Shown here: piece by piece, positions 1-8,519 of the stretch
How the letters are laid out: every line of letters starts with the position of its first letter
How positions within the stretch are numbered: position 1 is the first letter of the stretch
DNA from: Acetobacteraceae bacterium
GTDB lineage: Bacteria; Pseudomonadota; Alphaproteobacteria; Acetobacterales; Acetobacteraceae
DNA: 30,928 bases
NCBI GenBank assembly: GCA_035486135.1
Contig: DATHNI010000007.1
Coordinates: 1 to 30,928, forward strand
Direction: 5' to 3'
Translations under genes and position numbers: made by a program
The notes under the pieces: model-generated
The model's database searches: none
What the model saw: the letters and a program-made list of their open reading frames with translations, nothing else
Told to the model about the DNA's origin: nothing

Positions 1-243
1 GGAGCCTGCCAGCGCGGTGATCGCCAGCGCGTTGGCCAGCGTCAGGTCCAGCCCGACATTGCCGCCGGCGGCGGTGACCGCCAGCACGTCGAGTTCCGGC
101 GACGCCAGCGCCAGCAGCAGTGCGAGCGCGTCGTCGGTGCCGGGGTCGCAGTCCAGGATGATCGGGATACCGCTGTCCACCGGGGATTCCTTGCCTGTGC
201 CAGGGCAGGATGCCACCTTGGTGCGTGGCGCGGAACCTTGCAT
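1..243 (-). CDS. Nucleoside hydrolase (IunH-like), N-terminal part; the gene runs off the left edge of the window. An alternative GTG start at 179 has an AAGGAA SD-like motif.
   Basis: Minus-strand translation from ATG(243) gives [81 protein letters not shown]. The [15 protein letters not shown] segment matches the N-terminal Asp-cluster signature of inosine-uridine nucleoside hydrolases. This frame is absent from the ORF track because it is open at the window edge. Confidence 0.7.
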   Translation of the reverse strand, partial: MQGSAPRTKVASCPGTGKESPVDSGIPIILDCDPGTDDALALLLALASPELDVLAVTAAGGNVGLDLTLANALAITALAGS

Positions 244-286
244 GACAACGCTATATGTCTCGGCATCGACTGGTGACGGAGAAGCG

Positions 287-841
287 GTGGACGGCAGCCG
301 CGCCGTCAAGGTGCCGCTGAACCGCAAGAAGCTGGAACCGGTCTCCGCTGATCGGGTGCGGCGGCTGCGCAAGCACCTCGTGGCATCGATGCGCGCGGAG
401 CGGGAGATGAAGCGCCCGGACCGGTCGGCCTCGCCGGTGCGGCCGGAGCCGGAGGGTTTCGCCGGCGAGGTGGCGCGCACCGCCTGCCGGCTGTGCAAGG
501 GCTGGTGCTGCAAGGGCGGCGAGGAACATGCCTATCTCGATGAGCGCGCGATGGCGCGGGTGCGGCGCGCGCGGCCCGAGCTGGATGCGCGCGCCGTGCT
601 GCGGCTTTACAGCGAGCGTGTGCCGCCCGCCGGCTATCGGGAGTCCTGCGTGTTTCATGGGCCGGAGGGCTGCACTTTGCCGCGCGAGCTGCGATCCGAC
701 GTGTGCAACAGCTATTTCTGCAGCGGGCTTGGCCATTTCTTGACCGGCAAGGATGCCGCGGCGAGCGTGGTGGTGATCGCCGGGGACGGCGAGGCATCGC
801 AGGCATCCGAGGTGCTGACTGAGCCCAGGGCAATCGGGTGA
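287..841 (+). CDS. YkgJ-family (UPF0153) cysteine-cluster protein, putative Fe-S/zinc-binding. The start is uncertain; GTG(287) is preferred over ATG(242).
   Basis: CRLCKGWCC (CxxCxxCC) is followed by a [25 protein letters not shown] cluster. High GC3 begins only after ~nt 285, where GGAG lies 5 nt upstream of the GTG. The first 15 codons of the tracked ORF are GC3-poor and overlap the divergent hydrolase start. Confidence 0.55.
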   Translation: MDGSRAVKVPLNRKKLEPVSADRVRRLRKHLVASMRAEREMKRPDRSASPVRPEPEGFAGEVARTACRLCKGWCCKGGEEHAYLDERAMARVRRARPELDARAVLRLYSERVPPAGYRESCVFHGPEGCTLPRELRSDVCNSYFCSGLGHFLTGKDAAASVVVIAGDGEASQASEVLTEPRAIG

Positions 842-906
842 AGGAAGCAAGGCCAGGGCTCTGCCCTGGACCCGCCAAGGGCGGAGCCCCTGGCCTTGCT
901 TCCTTC
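840..906. terminator. Large structured stem-loop between the YkgJ-like gene and argG. A 19-bp perfect inverted repeat (GAAGGAAGCAAGGCCAGGG / CCCTGGCCTTGCTTCCTTC) holds nested sub-hairpins in its 29-nt loop.
   Basis: Perfect 19-bp IR read directly from the sequence. It begins at the YkgJ-like stop codon. There is no U-run, so this may be a REP-like structural element rather than a classical intrinsic terminator. Confidence 0.5.
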
Positions 907-997
907 ACTCGATAGCCCCGGACCAGTCCGCCTTGCGTGCCCCCTGCCCCGGCGTTACTCCCACCCCACCATCCAGCCGCCGCGAAAGGTCGCCGTT

Positions 998-2227
998 ATG
1001 CCGGTGAAAGACGTCAAGAAGGTCGTGCTCGCCTATTCCGGCGGCCTCGACACCAGCGTGATCCTGCGCTGGCTCCAGGTGACCTATCGCTGCGAAGTCG
1101 TCACCTTCACCGCCGATCTCGGCCAGGGCGAGGAACTCGGCCCGGCGCGGCAGAAGGCCGAGAACGCCGGCGTGAAGGAGATCTTCATCGACGACCTGCG
1201 CGAGACCTTCGTGCGCGACTTCGTCTTTCCGATGTTCCGCGCCAACGCGTTGTATGAAGGTCAATACCTGCTGGGCACCTCGATCGCCCGCCCGCTGATC
1301 GCGCAGCGCCAGATCGAGATCGCCGAACTCACCGGCGCCGACGCGGTGGCACACGGCGCGACCGGCAAGGGCAACGACCAGGTGCGTTTCGAACTCAGCT
1401 ATTACGCGCTGAAGCCTGACATCAAGATCATCGCACCGTGGCGCGAGTGGAACCTGACCAGCCGCACCAGGCTGCTGGAATTCGCCGAGCAAAACCAGAT
1501 CCCTATCGCCAGGGACAAGCGCGGCGAGGCTCCGTTCAGCGTGGACGCCAACATGCTGCACTCGTCGTCGGAGGGCAAAGTCCTGGAAGACCCGGCTGTC
1601 GAAGCCGACTCCATCGTCTATCAGCGCACGGTCAGTCCCGAGGATGCGCCGGACAAGGCGACCGTCATCTCGATTGATTTCGAGCATGGCGATCCGGTGG
1701 CGATCGATGGCGTGCGCCTGTCGCCGGCCACGTTGCTGACCAAGCTGAACGAGTTCGGCAAGGTGAACGGCATTGGCCGGCTGGACATGGTGGAGAACCG
1801 CTTCGTCGGCATGAAGAATCGCGGTGTCTACGAGACCCCCGGCGGCACCATCCTGCTGGCGGCGCACCGCGGTATCGAAAGCATCACGCTGGATCGCGAG
1901 GCGGCGCATCTGAAGGACGAGCTGATGCCGCGCTATGCAACGCTGATCTACAACGGCTTCTGGTTCAGCCCGGAGCGGCGGATGCTGCAGGCGCTGATCG
2001 ATACCAGCCAGCACAGCGTCACCGGCCGGGTGCGGCTGAAACTTTACAAGGGCAATGCGACGGTGATCGGGCGTGAATCGCCGAACAGCCTGTATTCGCA
2101 GAAAGTGGTCACGTTCGAGGATGATCAGGGCGCGTACGACCAGGTCGACGCCCAAGGCTTCATCAAGCTCAATGCGCTGCGGCTGCGGCTGGGCGCGATG
2201 GCGGGACGGCGCGGCGGGACGCTGTGA
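998..2227 (+). CDS. argG: Argininosuccinate synthase
   Basis: [26 protein letters not shown] ([11 protein letters not shown]-loop), then [13 protein letters not shown] and later motifs along the full length. The start is placed at the internal ATG(998) rather than the ORF-track start at 896, whose N-extension does not fit the family. Confidence 0.95.
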   Translation: MPVKDVKKVVLAYSGGLDTSVILRWLQVTYRCEVVTFTADLGQGEELGPARQKAENAGVKEIFIDDLRETFVRDFVFPMFRANALYEGQYLLGTSIARPLIAQRQIEIAELTGADAVAHGATGKGNDQVRFELSYYALKPDIKIIAPWREWNLTSRTRLLEFAEQNQIPIARDKRGEAPFSVDANMLHSSSEGKVLEDPAVEADSIVYQRTVSPEDAPDKATVISIDFEHGDPVAIDGVRLSPATLLTKLNEFGKVNGIGRLDMVENRFVGMKNRGVYETPGGTILLAAHRGIESITLDREAAHLKDELMPRYATLIYNGFWFSPERRMLQALIDTSQHSVTGRVRLKLYKGNATVIGRESPNSLYSQKVVTFEDDQGAYDQVDAQGFIKLNALRLRLGAMAGRRGGTL

Positions 2228-2234
2228 GCTTCTA

Positions 2235-2385
2235 AACCTCTCTTGCCTTCGGCGGGAGAGGTCGGCGCAAAGCGCCGGGTGAGGGTGATCGGGTCGGCAC
2301 GCGGCGTTCTTATGCAGTGTGCCGACCCGATCACCCGCACCCTCGCCGCTTCGCGTCTCGACCTCTCCCGCGAAGCGGGAGAGGT
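2235..2385. repeat. REP-1 palindromic element, full copy. Two terminal hairpins (GACCTCTCCCGCGAAGCGGGAGAGGTC type) flank a ~35-bp long-stem palindrome (CGCAAAGCGCCGGGTGAGGGTGATCGGGTCGGCAC ... GTGCCGACCCGATCACCCGCACCCTCGCCGCTTCGCG).
   Basis: Inverted-repeat structure read directly. Partial copies recur at 14228-14296 and 26937-26980. Confidence 0.8.
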
Positions 2386-2444
2386 CGTTGTAACGTCCCG
2401 CGGTGCAGGTGAGTCCAACGGCTGCAACCCAACCGGAGACGGCC

Positions 2445-3131
2445 ATGCACCGACGCTCATTCCTCCTGGCAACAGCCGCAACCAGCCTGGCCGGGCGCGT
2501 CCGTGCCGCCACTCCCTCGCCAACCGTCCTGGAGCTGTTCACCTCCGAAGGCTGCTCCTCCTGTCCGCCGGCCGACGCGTTGCTCGGGCGGCTGGCGCAG
2601 CAGCCCGGCATCATCGCGCTCGCCTGGCACGTGGACTACTGGAACGGGCTCGGCTGGCACGATCCGTATTCCAGCCCCCTCGCGACCCAACGCCAGAGCA
2701 CCTACGCGAAGCACCTGGGCGACGAGGTCTACACGCCGGCCCTGGTGGTGAACGGCACGCGCATCGTGGTCGGCTCGGACGCCGCCGCGGTCCGCGCGGC
2801 AATCGGCACGGCCGGCGACGCCGCGGTGCCCGTGTCCCTGCGACGCTCGGAGGACGGGGTGGTCGCCGAAACCGGACCCGCCGGCCGGCCGGTGTCCGCC
2901 CTGCTGGTCACCTACGATCCGCAGCGCACCACGCCCGTCAGAGGCGGCGAGAACGGCGGCCGGCAACTCGCGGAATATCGCATCGTCCGCGAGGCCACCC
3001 CGCTGGGCACCTGGGACGGAGCCCAGCGCCGGCTCACCCTGCCGGTCGTCGCACCGGGCCGGGGCGCCGCGCTGCTGCTGCAAACCGAGGATCTGCGAGT
3101 CTGTGGCGCCGCTGACCTGCCCGCGGCATGA
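2445..3131 (+). CDS. DUF1223-family secreted thioredoxin-like protein with a TAT/Sec signal
   Basis: MHRRSFLLATAATSLAGRVRA signal (RR motif), then LELFTSEGCSSCPPADALL and HVDYWNGLGWHDPYS, which I recall as characteristic of DUF1223. The start is the internal ATG(2445), not the 2403 or 2243 frames. Confidence 0.7.
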   Translation: MHRRSFLLATAATSLAGRVRAATPSPTVLELFTSEGCSSCPPADALLGRLAQQPGIIALAWHVDYWNGLGWHDPYSSPLATQRQSTYAKHLGDEVYTPALVVNGTRIVVGSDAAAVRAAIGTAGDAAVPVSLRRSEDGVVAETGPAGRPVSALLVTYDPQRTTPVRGGENGGRQLAEYRIVREATPLGTWDGAQRRLTLPVVAPGRGAALLLQTEDLRVCGAADLPAA

Positions 3132-3219
3132 AGTCCTGCGACGGACCACGCAAGCCGGGTGATTGTACAAGTCGCAAGAATATCCATCACAGGTGGATGA
3201 TACTTCACACCGCCCTAAG

Positions 3220-3241
3220 TATCGGTTAATATTATCGGTTA
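3220..3241 (+). promoter_or_regulatory. Direct repeat TATCGGTTA x2 (13-bp pitch) in the AT-richer leader of the MFS transporter gene; candidate regulator-binding site
   Basis: Read from sequence (AGTATCGGTTAATATTATCGGTTATCACC). It lies ~100 nt upstream of the ATG(3338), which has a GGGGAG RBS. Confidence 0.3.
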
Positions 3242-3337
3242 TCACCACAGTCGATCATCGAAGCTTCACTCGACTGCAATCGTCCTGTCACGCCCCGCGA
3301 CTAACCCCTCCGAAATCGACACGGGGAGACAGCGGCG

Positions 3338-4717
3338 ATGGCGCGCGCACATGGCTTTGCGGAACTCGATGAGCAGCCGTTCAAGCGTTTCCATTGGCTG
3401 GCGATGTTCACCACAGGGATGGGGGTGTTCACCGACGGCTACGACCTGTCCTCGATCGGCCTCGTGTTGCCGCTGGTGCTCGCGACATTCGGGGTGACGA
3501 AGCTGACCGGCCTGCAAAGCGGATTGCTCGCCGGCTCGGCCCTGGTCGGTGCCGCCATTGGCGCGCTGATCTTCGGCGCCCTGGCACAACGCGGGCGCAA
3601 GAAGTTCTACGGCCTCGACGTCGCGCTAATGGCGACCATGGCACTGGCGCAGGCCTTCGCCCCGAACCTGTGGAGCCTGATCGGCATCCGCTTCATCCTC
3701 GGCATCGGCATCGGCGCCGACTACGTGCTGTCGCCCACCATCATGGCGGAACATGCCAACCGGCGCGATCGCGGCAAGAAGATCGGGCTCGGCTTCGGCG
3801 TCATGTGGCCGACCGGTGCCGCTGCCGCCGCGCTGTTGTCGCTGTTGCTCGGCGCACTGCACGTTGATCCCGCGCTGCGCTGGCGCCTGGTGCTGGCGTT
3901 CGGCTGCGTCCCGGCGATCTCGGTGCTCTATCTGCGACGCAAGATGCCGGAGACGGCGCGCTTTCTCAGCCGCCTCGCCGGCGACACCGCGAGCGCCAAC
4001 CAGGTCGTGCGCCACATCGCCGGCACCGCCCCCGCAACTTCACCCCTGCTCGACCGGCGCGACTGGCAGGAGGTGTTTTCGCAGCACGCGCGGCCCATCT
4101 TCGGCGCCGCCCTGCTGTGGCTGCTGTTCGATATCGTCGTCTACTCCGGCATCCTGTTCGGCCCGTCGCTGATCGCGCAGGGACTTGGCCTGGCACCCAC
4201 GACCTTCTCGCTGATCACCTCGTTCGTGTTCGTCATTCCCGGCGCGTTGCTCGGCGTCGCGATGATCGACCGGATCGGCCGCAAGCAACTGCAGACCTGG
4301 GGCTTCATCGGCGGGGCCGCCCTGCTGGGCCTGTTCGCCGGCCTGCACGACGAGGCGATGGCCGTCCCGGCCTTCGGCATGCTGCTGTTCGGGCTCTACA
4401 GCCTGCTGATCACCGCGGGGCCCAGCACGGTGGCCGGCGCCGGCATCCTGGGAGTCGAACTCAGTCCGACCCGCATCCGCACCATCGGCCAGTCGGTCAC
4501 CGTGGTGGGCGGACGCATCGGCGCCTCGATCGCCGCCTTCCTGTTCCCCGTGCTGTTCGGCGTGATCGGCGAGACCGGGGTGATCTGGCTGCTTGCCGGT
4601 GTTTCCGTCCTAGGCGCGATCTGCACGATGCTGCTGATCCCGGAAACCGCCGGACGGTCACTGGAGGACATCAACGCCGACACCGAAGCGGATCTGGCGC
4701 CTGGCCCCGCCGAATAG
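3338..4717 (+). CDS. MFS transporter (sugar-porter / PHS-like metabolite:H+ symporter)
   Basis: 459 aa with 12 predicted hydrophobic segments. GVFTDGYDLSSIG near TM1 and GRKKFYG after TM2 are typical of MFS sugar-porter and phosphate:H+ symporter families. GGGGAG lies 9 nt upstream of the ATG. Confidence 0.85.
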   Translation: MARAHGFAELDEQPFKRFHWLAMFTTGMGVFTDGYDLSSIGLVLPLVLATFGVTKLTGLQSGLLAGSALVGAAIGALIFGALAQRGRKKFYGLDVALMATMALAQAFAPNLWSLIGIRFILGIGIGADYVLSPTIMAEHANRRDRGKKIGLGFGVMWPTGAAAAALLSLLLGALHVDPALRWRLVLAFGCVPAISVLYLRRKMPETARFLSRLAGDTASANQVVRHIAGTAPATSPLLDRRDWQEVFSQHARPIFGAALLWLLFDIVVYSGILFGPSLIAQGLGLAPTTFSLITSFVFVIPGALLGVAMIDRIGRKQLQTWGFIGGAALLGLFAGLHDEAMAVPAFGMLLFGLYSLLITAGPSTVAGAGILGVELSPTRIRTIGQSVTVVGGRIGASIAAFLFPVLFGVIGETGVIWLLAGVSVLGAICTMLLIPETAGRSLEDINADTEADLAPGPAE

Positions 4718-4762
4718 GCAAACCCTTCGATCGCCGTCGAATGGTCAAAACCGTCGATCGCC
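4718..4762. repeat. 45-bp direct repeat, copy 1 (GCAAACCCTTCGATCGCCGTCGAATGGTCAAAACCGTCGATCGCC). It is internally a tandem of a ~22-bp TCAAA(A)CC-TCGATCGCC unit.
   Basis: Near-identical copy at 4966-5008. The two copies bracket the MITE-like hairpin at 4824-4911. Confidence 0.75.
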
Positions 4763-4823
4763 ATCCAATAGCAAGCGCCCGAAAGACTGACTCTCAATCT
4801 GATCGCACCTACCGCGCCTCGTA

Positions 4824-4911
4824 TCGTGGCCGGCGAAGGCCGGCCACCCACGACTTTCCCTTGTTGCACGCGGCAAAGTCGTGGATGGCCGGCCTTCGCC
4901 GGCCATGACAC
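4824..4911. repeat. MITE-like hairpin element (family 'GTCATGGCCGG..hairpin..CCGGCCATGAC'), copy A. The terminal inverted repeats are ~33 bp, and each arm contains its own GGCCGGC-GAA-GCCGGCC hairpin.
   Basis: Inverted repeats read directly. Related copies occur at 15850-15942 and 22029-22107, plus a short relative at 9103-9143. Confidence 0.75.
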
Positions 4912-4965
4912 GAGGGGCGCATGCCACCTTGGCCGTACGTCAGTGCTTCCGCCGGTTCGTATAAA

Positions 4966-5008
4966 GTCAAACCCTTCGATCGCCGTCGAATAGTCAAAAC
5001 CTTCGATC
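4966..5008. repeat. 45-bp direct repeat, copy 2
   Basis: Matches 4718-4762 at roughly 90% identity. Confidence 0.75.
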
Positions 5009-5422
5009 AGCGTATCGCTGCGAACGCCTCCGAGATCAGCATCGGCACCGTCTGCCAGTCCACCAGCACCCAGTAGCTGGCGAGCAACGCGACGATCCAT
5101 GCGACAGGCACGAAGAAGGCGCGCCGACCGGGAGAGCCGGAATTTGAGTCATGCTTACGTACCATCATCGCCAACCTCCCAGCCACCCGGCCAAACAGTA
5201 TCGCTCGAAACTATTGAACGGGAGTGAATTAAGCCACGAATTTCCCTTCACGGAGGTGACCCTATTCACACATTGCGGCATATTGTGGCGCGTCGAGTGG
5301 ACTGATTCGGGCAAAGCGCGTGGCAGGCAGAACCATGCTGCATAGGTCGGATGCGCCGAACCCTGCATAATGCAAAAATCAATCACTGAAATGTGAGCAA
5401 TACGACCGTGAGCGAGAACACG

Positions 5423-6661
5423 ATGGCTGCGGCAGGCCAGCCGGCGGGGCAGGTCCTGGTCAACCGGCCCGCGGCGTCGGCCGACACCAACACCACCTTT
5501 GCCATCCTGATCTCGCTCTCGACCTGCCACTTGCTCAACGACATGAACCAGTCGCTGGTGCCGGCGATCTACCCGATCCTGAAGCAGTCCTATCAGTTGG
5601 ATTTTGGCCAGATCGGGCTGATCACGCTGGCCTTCCAGCTCACCGCCTCGATGCTGCAGCCGGTGGTTGGCCTGGTGACGGACCGGCGGCCGCAGCCGTT
5701 CTCGCTGCCCGTGGCGATGGGGTGCAGCCTGGTCGGGCTGCTGCTGCTGGCGGTGGCGCATACCTACGGCATGATCCTGTTCGCCGCGGCGCTGGTGGGG
5801 ATGGGATCGTCGGTGTTCCATCCGGAGGCGTCCCGCGTGGCGCGGATGGCGAGCGGCGGACGCTACGGCTTCGCCCAGTCGCTGTTCCAGGTGGGCGGCA
5901 GCAGCGGCTCGGCGATCGGCCCGCTGCTGGCGGCGTTCATCGTGGTGCCGCACGGCCAGCGCAGCATCGCGTGGTTCTCGGCCGCGGCCCTGCTCGCCAT
6001 CCTGCTGCTGAGCACGGTCAGCCTGTGGTACGCGCGCCATCCGTCGATCGCGGCTCGCCGAGGCCGGCGGCAGGCGCCGGCGGCCGTGAGCGGGTTCCCG
6101 CGGCGGACGGTGGTGACCGGGATCGTCGTGCTGGTGGCGCTGCTGTTCTCCAAGAACGTCTACACTGCCAGCCTGAGTTCTTATTACACGTTCTACCTGA
6201 TCCATAAGTTCCACCTGTCGGTGGCCGATGCACAGGTATTGCTGTTCGTGTTCCTGGGCGCGGTGGCGGCGGGGACGTTCGTCGGTGGGCCGATCGGCGA
6301 CAAGATCGGGCGGCGGCCGGTGATCTGGTTCTCGATCCTGGGCGCGGCGCCGTTCGCGCTGTTGCTGCCGTACGCCACCCTGTTCTGGACCGGGGTGCTG
6401 ACGGTGGTGATCGGGCTGATCCTGGCGTCGGCGTTCTCCGCCATCCTGGTCTATGCGCAGGAGCTGCTGCCGGGCCGCGTGGGCATGGTGGCGGGGATGT
6501 TCTTCGGCTTCTCGTTCGGGCTGGGCGGACTGGGCGCCGCCGCGCTGGGACGCATCGCCGACGCGTCCAGCATCGAGACGGTGTACCAGGTGTGCTCTTT
6601 CCTGCCGCTGATCGGGCTGCTGGCGGCGTTCCTGCCCAACGTGGAGCAGCGCGGGCGGTAG
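5423..6661 (+). CDS. fsr: Fosmidomycin-resistance-type MFS transporter (Fsr family)
   Basis: Colinear with E. coli Fsr as I recall it: TFAILISLSTCHLLNDMNQSLVPAIYPILK, HPEASRVARMASGGRYGFAQSLFQVGG, YYTFYLIHKF, ILVYAQELLPGRVGMVAGMFFGFSFGLGGLGAA. ATG(5423) fits the family N-terminal length better than the GTG at 5393 used by the ORF track. Confidence 0.85.
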   Translation: MAAAGQPAGQVLVNRPAASADTNTTFAILISLSTCHLLNDMNQSLVPAIYPILKQSYQLDFGQIGLITLAFQLTASMLQPVVGLVTDRRPQPFSLPVAMGCSLVGLLLLAVAHTYGMILFAAALVGMGSSVFHPEASRVARMASGGRYGFAQSLFQVGGSSGSAIGPLLAAFIVVPHGQRSIAWFSAAALLAILLLSTVSLWYARHPSIAARRGRRQAPAAVSGFPRRTVVTGIVVLVALLFSKNVYTASLSSYYTFYLIHKFHLSVADAQVLLFVFLGAVAAGTFVGGPIGDKIGRRPVIWFSILGAAPFALLLPYATLFWTGVLTVVIGLILASAFSAILVYAQELLPGRVGMVAGMFFGFSFGLGGLGAAALGRIADASSIETVYQVCSFLPLIGLLAAFLPNVEQRGR

Positions 6662-6694
6662 AGCATTTTAAGCCTGACCGGAATCGTGCGCCTC

Positions 6695-6824
6695 CTGTCA
6701 TTGCGAGGCGCAAAGCGCCGAAGCGATCCCCCGCCTGACGAGAGCTCCTCCGCTCGTCAGGCAGGAGATTGCTTCGGGGCGCTTTGCACCTCGCAATGAC
6801 GCTGGAATTCGCGGCATTTCCAGT
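6695..6824. repeat. Family-5 long-hairpin element, copy 1. A ~45-bp-arm palindrome (TGTCATTGCGAGGCGCAAAGCGCCGAAGCGATCCCCCGCCTGACGAG / CTCGTCAGGCAGGAGATTGCTTCGGGGCGCTTTGCACCTCGCAATGACG) is followed by a conserved GAATTCGCGGCATTTCCAGTC tail.
   Basis: Read directly. A second copy at 27231-27347 has the same tail. Confidence 0.75.
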
Positions 6825-7061
6825 CAGCGTAAAGTCGCTCCAAATGACTTCGTCCGCAGGCCACGACAACGTCCCTGCCCTGCTCAGGGAGGCGCCGCCG
6901 GTTCGTGGCGCGCGGGCTCCGCTGGCCGCGCTGGAGGTGCGAATGATCGAGATTTTCCGCCGCGAGCCGTTCCCTCGGGTTGTCCGGCACGACGCAGCGG
7001 CGCTGCAACGGGAGAAGACGCAGCCGAATACAGGGGCTTCAGTATGCCCCATCGTCAGCCA

Positions 7062-7760
7062 ATGAAGCTGATCGGCATCGTTGGCGGACTGAGCTGGGAA
7101 GCGACCGCGCTCTATTATCGGCTGCTGAACGAAGCCGCCGCACGCGTCCTGGGTGCGCACCACAACGCGCGCAGCGTCATCGTCAGTGTCGATTTTGCCG
7201 AGGCGCTGGCGTTGGCCAACCAGGGCGATTGGGATGGTCTCGGAACGCTGCTGATCGACGCTGCCCGCCGGGCGTGTGCCGCCGGGGCGGAGATGGTATT
7301 GCTCGGCGCGAACACCGCGCACATCGTCGCGGATCAGGTTGCGGCTGCGATCGACGTGCCCTTGCTGCATGTCGCCGACGTCGCCGGCACAGCGGCGCAG
7401 GCACAGGGCTTCCGTCATGTCGGCCTGATCGGCACCAGGTTCACGCTCGAATCGCCGATCTATGCCGAGCGCCTGCGCGACCGCTTCGCCCTGACGGTCA
7501 GCACACCCGACGCGGCGTCGCGTGACGAGCTTCAGCGCATCATCATCGACGAACTGACCATGGGCCGCATTGAACCCAGTTCACGACAGAACTGTGTGGC
7601 GATCATCGAGCAACTCCGCGAGCGTGGCGCCGACGCGATCATGGTCGCATGCACCGAACTTCCGCTGTTGCTCCGGCCCGGCGACAGTGCGCTGCCCCTG
7701 CTCGACACTACGACGCTGCATGCCGAGGCTGCGCTGCGGCTGGCGTTAGACGGCGCATGA
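7062..7760 (+). CDS. Asp/Glu/hydantoin-racemase superfamily protein. Its pattern of catalytic residues is atypical: the first catalytic Cys is replaced.
   Basis: MKLIGIVGGLSWEATALYYRLLNE...VLLGANTAHIVAD...MVACTELPLL aligns along its full length with YgeA-type aspartate racemases. The usual CNTAH motif reads GANTAH here, while the second catalytic Cys (ACTEL) is kept. Confidence 0.8.
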   Translation: MKLIGIVGGLSWEATALYYRLLNEAAARVLGAHHNARSVIVSVDFAEALALANQGDWDGLGTLLIDAARRACAAGAEMVLLGANTAHIVADQVAAAIDVPLLHVADVAGTAAQAQGFRHVGLIGTRFTLESPIYAERLRDRFALTVSTPDAASRDELQRIIIDELTMGRIEPSSRQNCVAIIEQLRERGADAIMVACTELPLLLRPGDSALPLLDTTTLHAEAALRLALDGA

Positions 7761-7896
7761 CGCACGAAGAGTTTCGCGGCGCGACCGGAGGGGGGCTCGC
7801 CGCGATCGCCCATCGTGGCACCCACAGTGGGACGACGCGCGGGGCATTCTCCGGACAGGTGCGGTCCGTACCGAAGGCGGACTCTGTCGAAAAACT

Positions 7897-8487
7897 TTAC
7901 AGGCGGGCAGAATCAGCCCGCAGGCGCCTGCGTCGTCGTAGTCCGGCGAGCCCGACCAAGCCAGAGCCAAGCAGGATCAGCGAGCCGGGCTCCGGCAATG
8001 GCTGGTCAACATCCGGCGAAAAGGTGAGGCTCCCGTTCGGGTCGGGTCCGCCCGAATACCTCAGCCCCACAAGATAGTTGCCGGCGGCCAGCGAACTCTC
8101 CGACAGGGACGCCGATCCGTCCGAAAAAGAATCAGATCCGACCAAGCTCTGACTTATGGTTTCCAATGCCAGGGTGTAATTGGAATCCAAGCTGTTGATG
8201 GTGGCGCCGATCGTAATATCGCCGCCGCCCCATCCGAACTCATACCACTGTGACCCGGAAAAACCGTTCAGGGAGAGCGAGTTCGTGGCCGCCGTGAGCG
8301 GCGTCGCCACGGACGATGTCGCACCGCCGCAGCCAATCGCGGTGCCCGTGTTGTAGGTGCAGCTTTCAGGAGTGACGCTGGCGTTGGCCGGCGAGGGTGC
8401 GACGCTCGCACAAAGCGCCGCGAACGCGGTTGCGGCGATGCTCACATGGAGACTGCCAAGCACCGAGCGGATTCCGATGAAGCGCAT
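7897..8487 (-). CDS. PEP-CTERM sorting-domain protein (exosortase substrate), secreted, Gly/Ser/Thr-rich
   Basis: N-terminal signal peptide MRFIGIRSVLGSLHVSIAATAFAALCASVAPSPANA. The C-terminus PLPEPGSLILLGSGLVGLAGLRRRRR is a canonical PEP motif followed by a TM helix and an Arg cluster. Local GC content is clearly lower than in neighbouring genes. Confidence 0.8.
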   Translation of the reverse strand: MRFIGIRSVLGSLHVSIAATAFAALCASVAPSPANASVTPESCTYNTGTAIGCGGATSSVATPLTAATNSLSLNGFSGSQWYEFGWGGGDITIGATINSLDSNYTLALETISQSLVGSDSFSDGSASLSESSLAAGNYLVGLRYSGGPDPNGSLTFSPDVDQPLPEPGSLILLGSGLVGLAGLRRRRRLRADSARL

Positions 8488-8519
8488 TGTTGCCCGATTC
8501 CTATCCTGCCCAGTGGCAC

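Noticed and set aside
905-2614. 569-aa ORF on the minus strand antisense to argG
   Set aside because: It lies on the opposite strand of a confidently identified, full-length argG and has a low-complexity Arg/Ala-rich translation. It is a typical spurious open frame of high-GC DNA.
4396-5100. 234-aa minus-strand ORF running through the direct repeats and MITE-like hairpin
   Set aside because: The frame is kept open by repeat sequence; the translation repeats IEGFDYSTAIEGFD, following the DNA repeats. It is not a plausible protein.
5040-5152. Short minus-strand ORF of ~34-41 codons with a hydrophobic C-terminus between the repeat block and the fsr promoter
   Set aside because: It is too short and lacks a convincing RBS. 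It is kept only as a note inside the repeat-block finding.
5165-6214. 349-aa minus-strand ORF overlapping the fsr gene and its leader
   Set aside because: It is antisense to the Fsr transporter, Arg/Gln/His-rich, and runs through an AT-richer promoter region with rare codons.
6018-7418. 466-aa minus-strand ORF spanning the fsr 3' end, the Family-5 repeat and the racemase-like gene
   Set aside because: It crosses a palindromic repeat and two genes that are well supported on the other strand, and its translation is Arg/Pro/Ser-rich.
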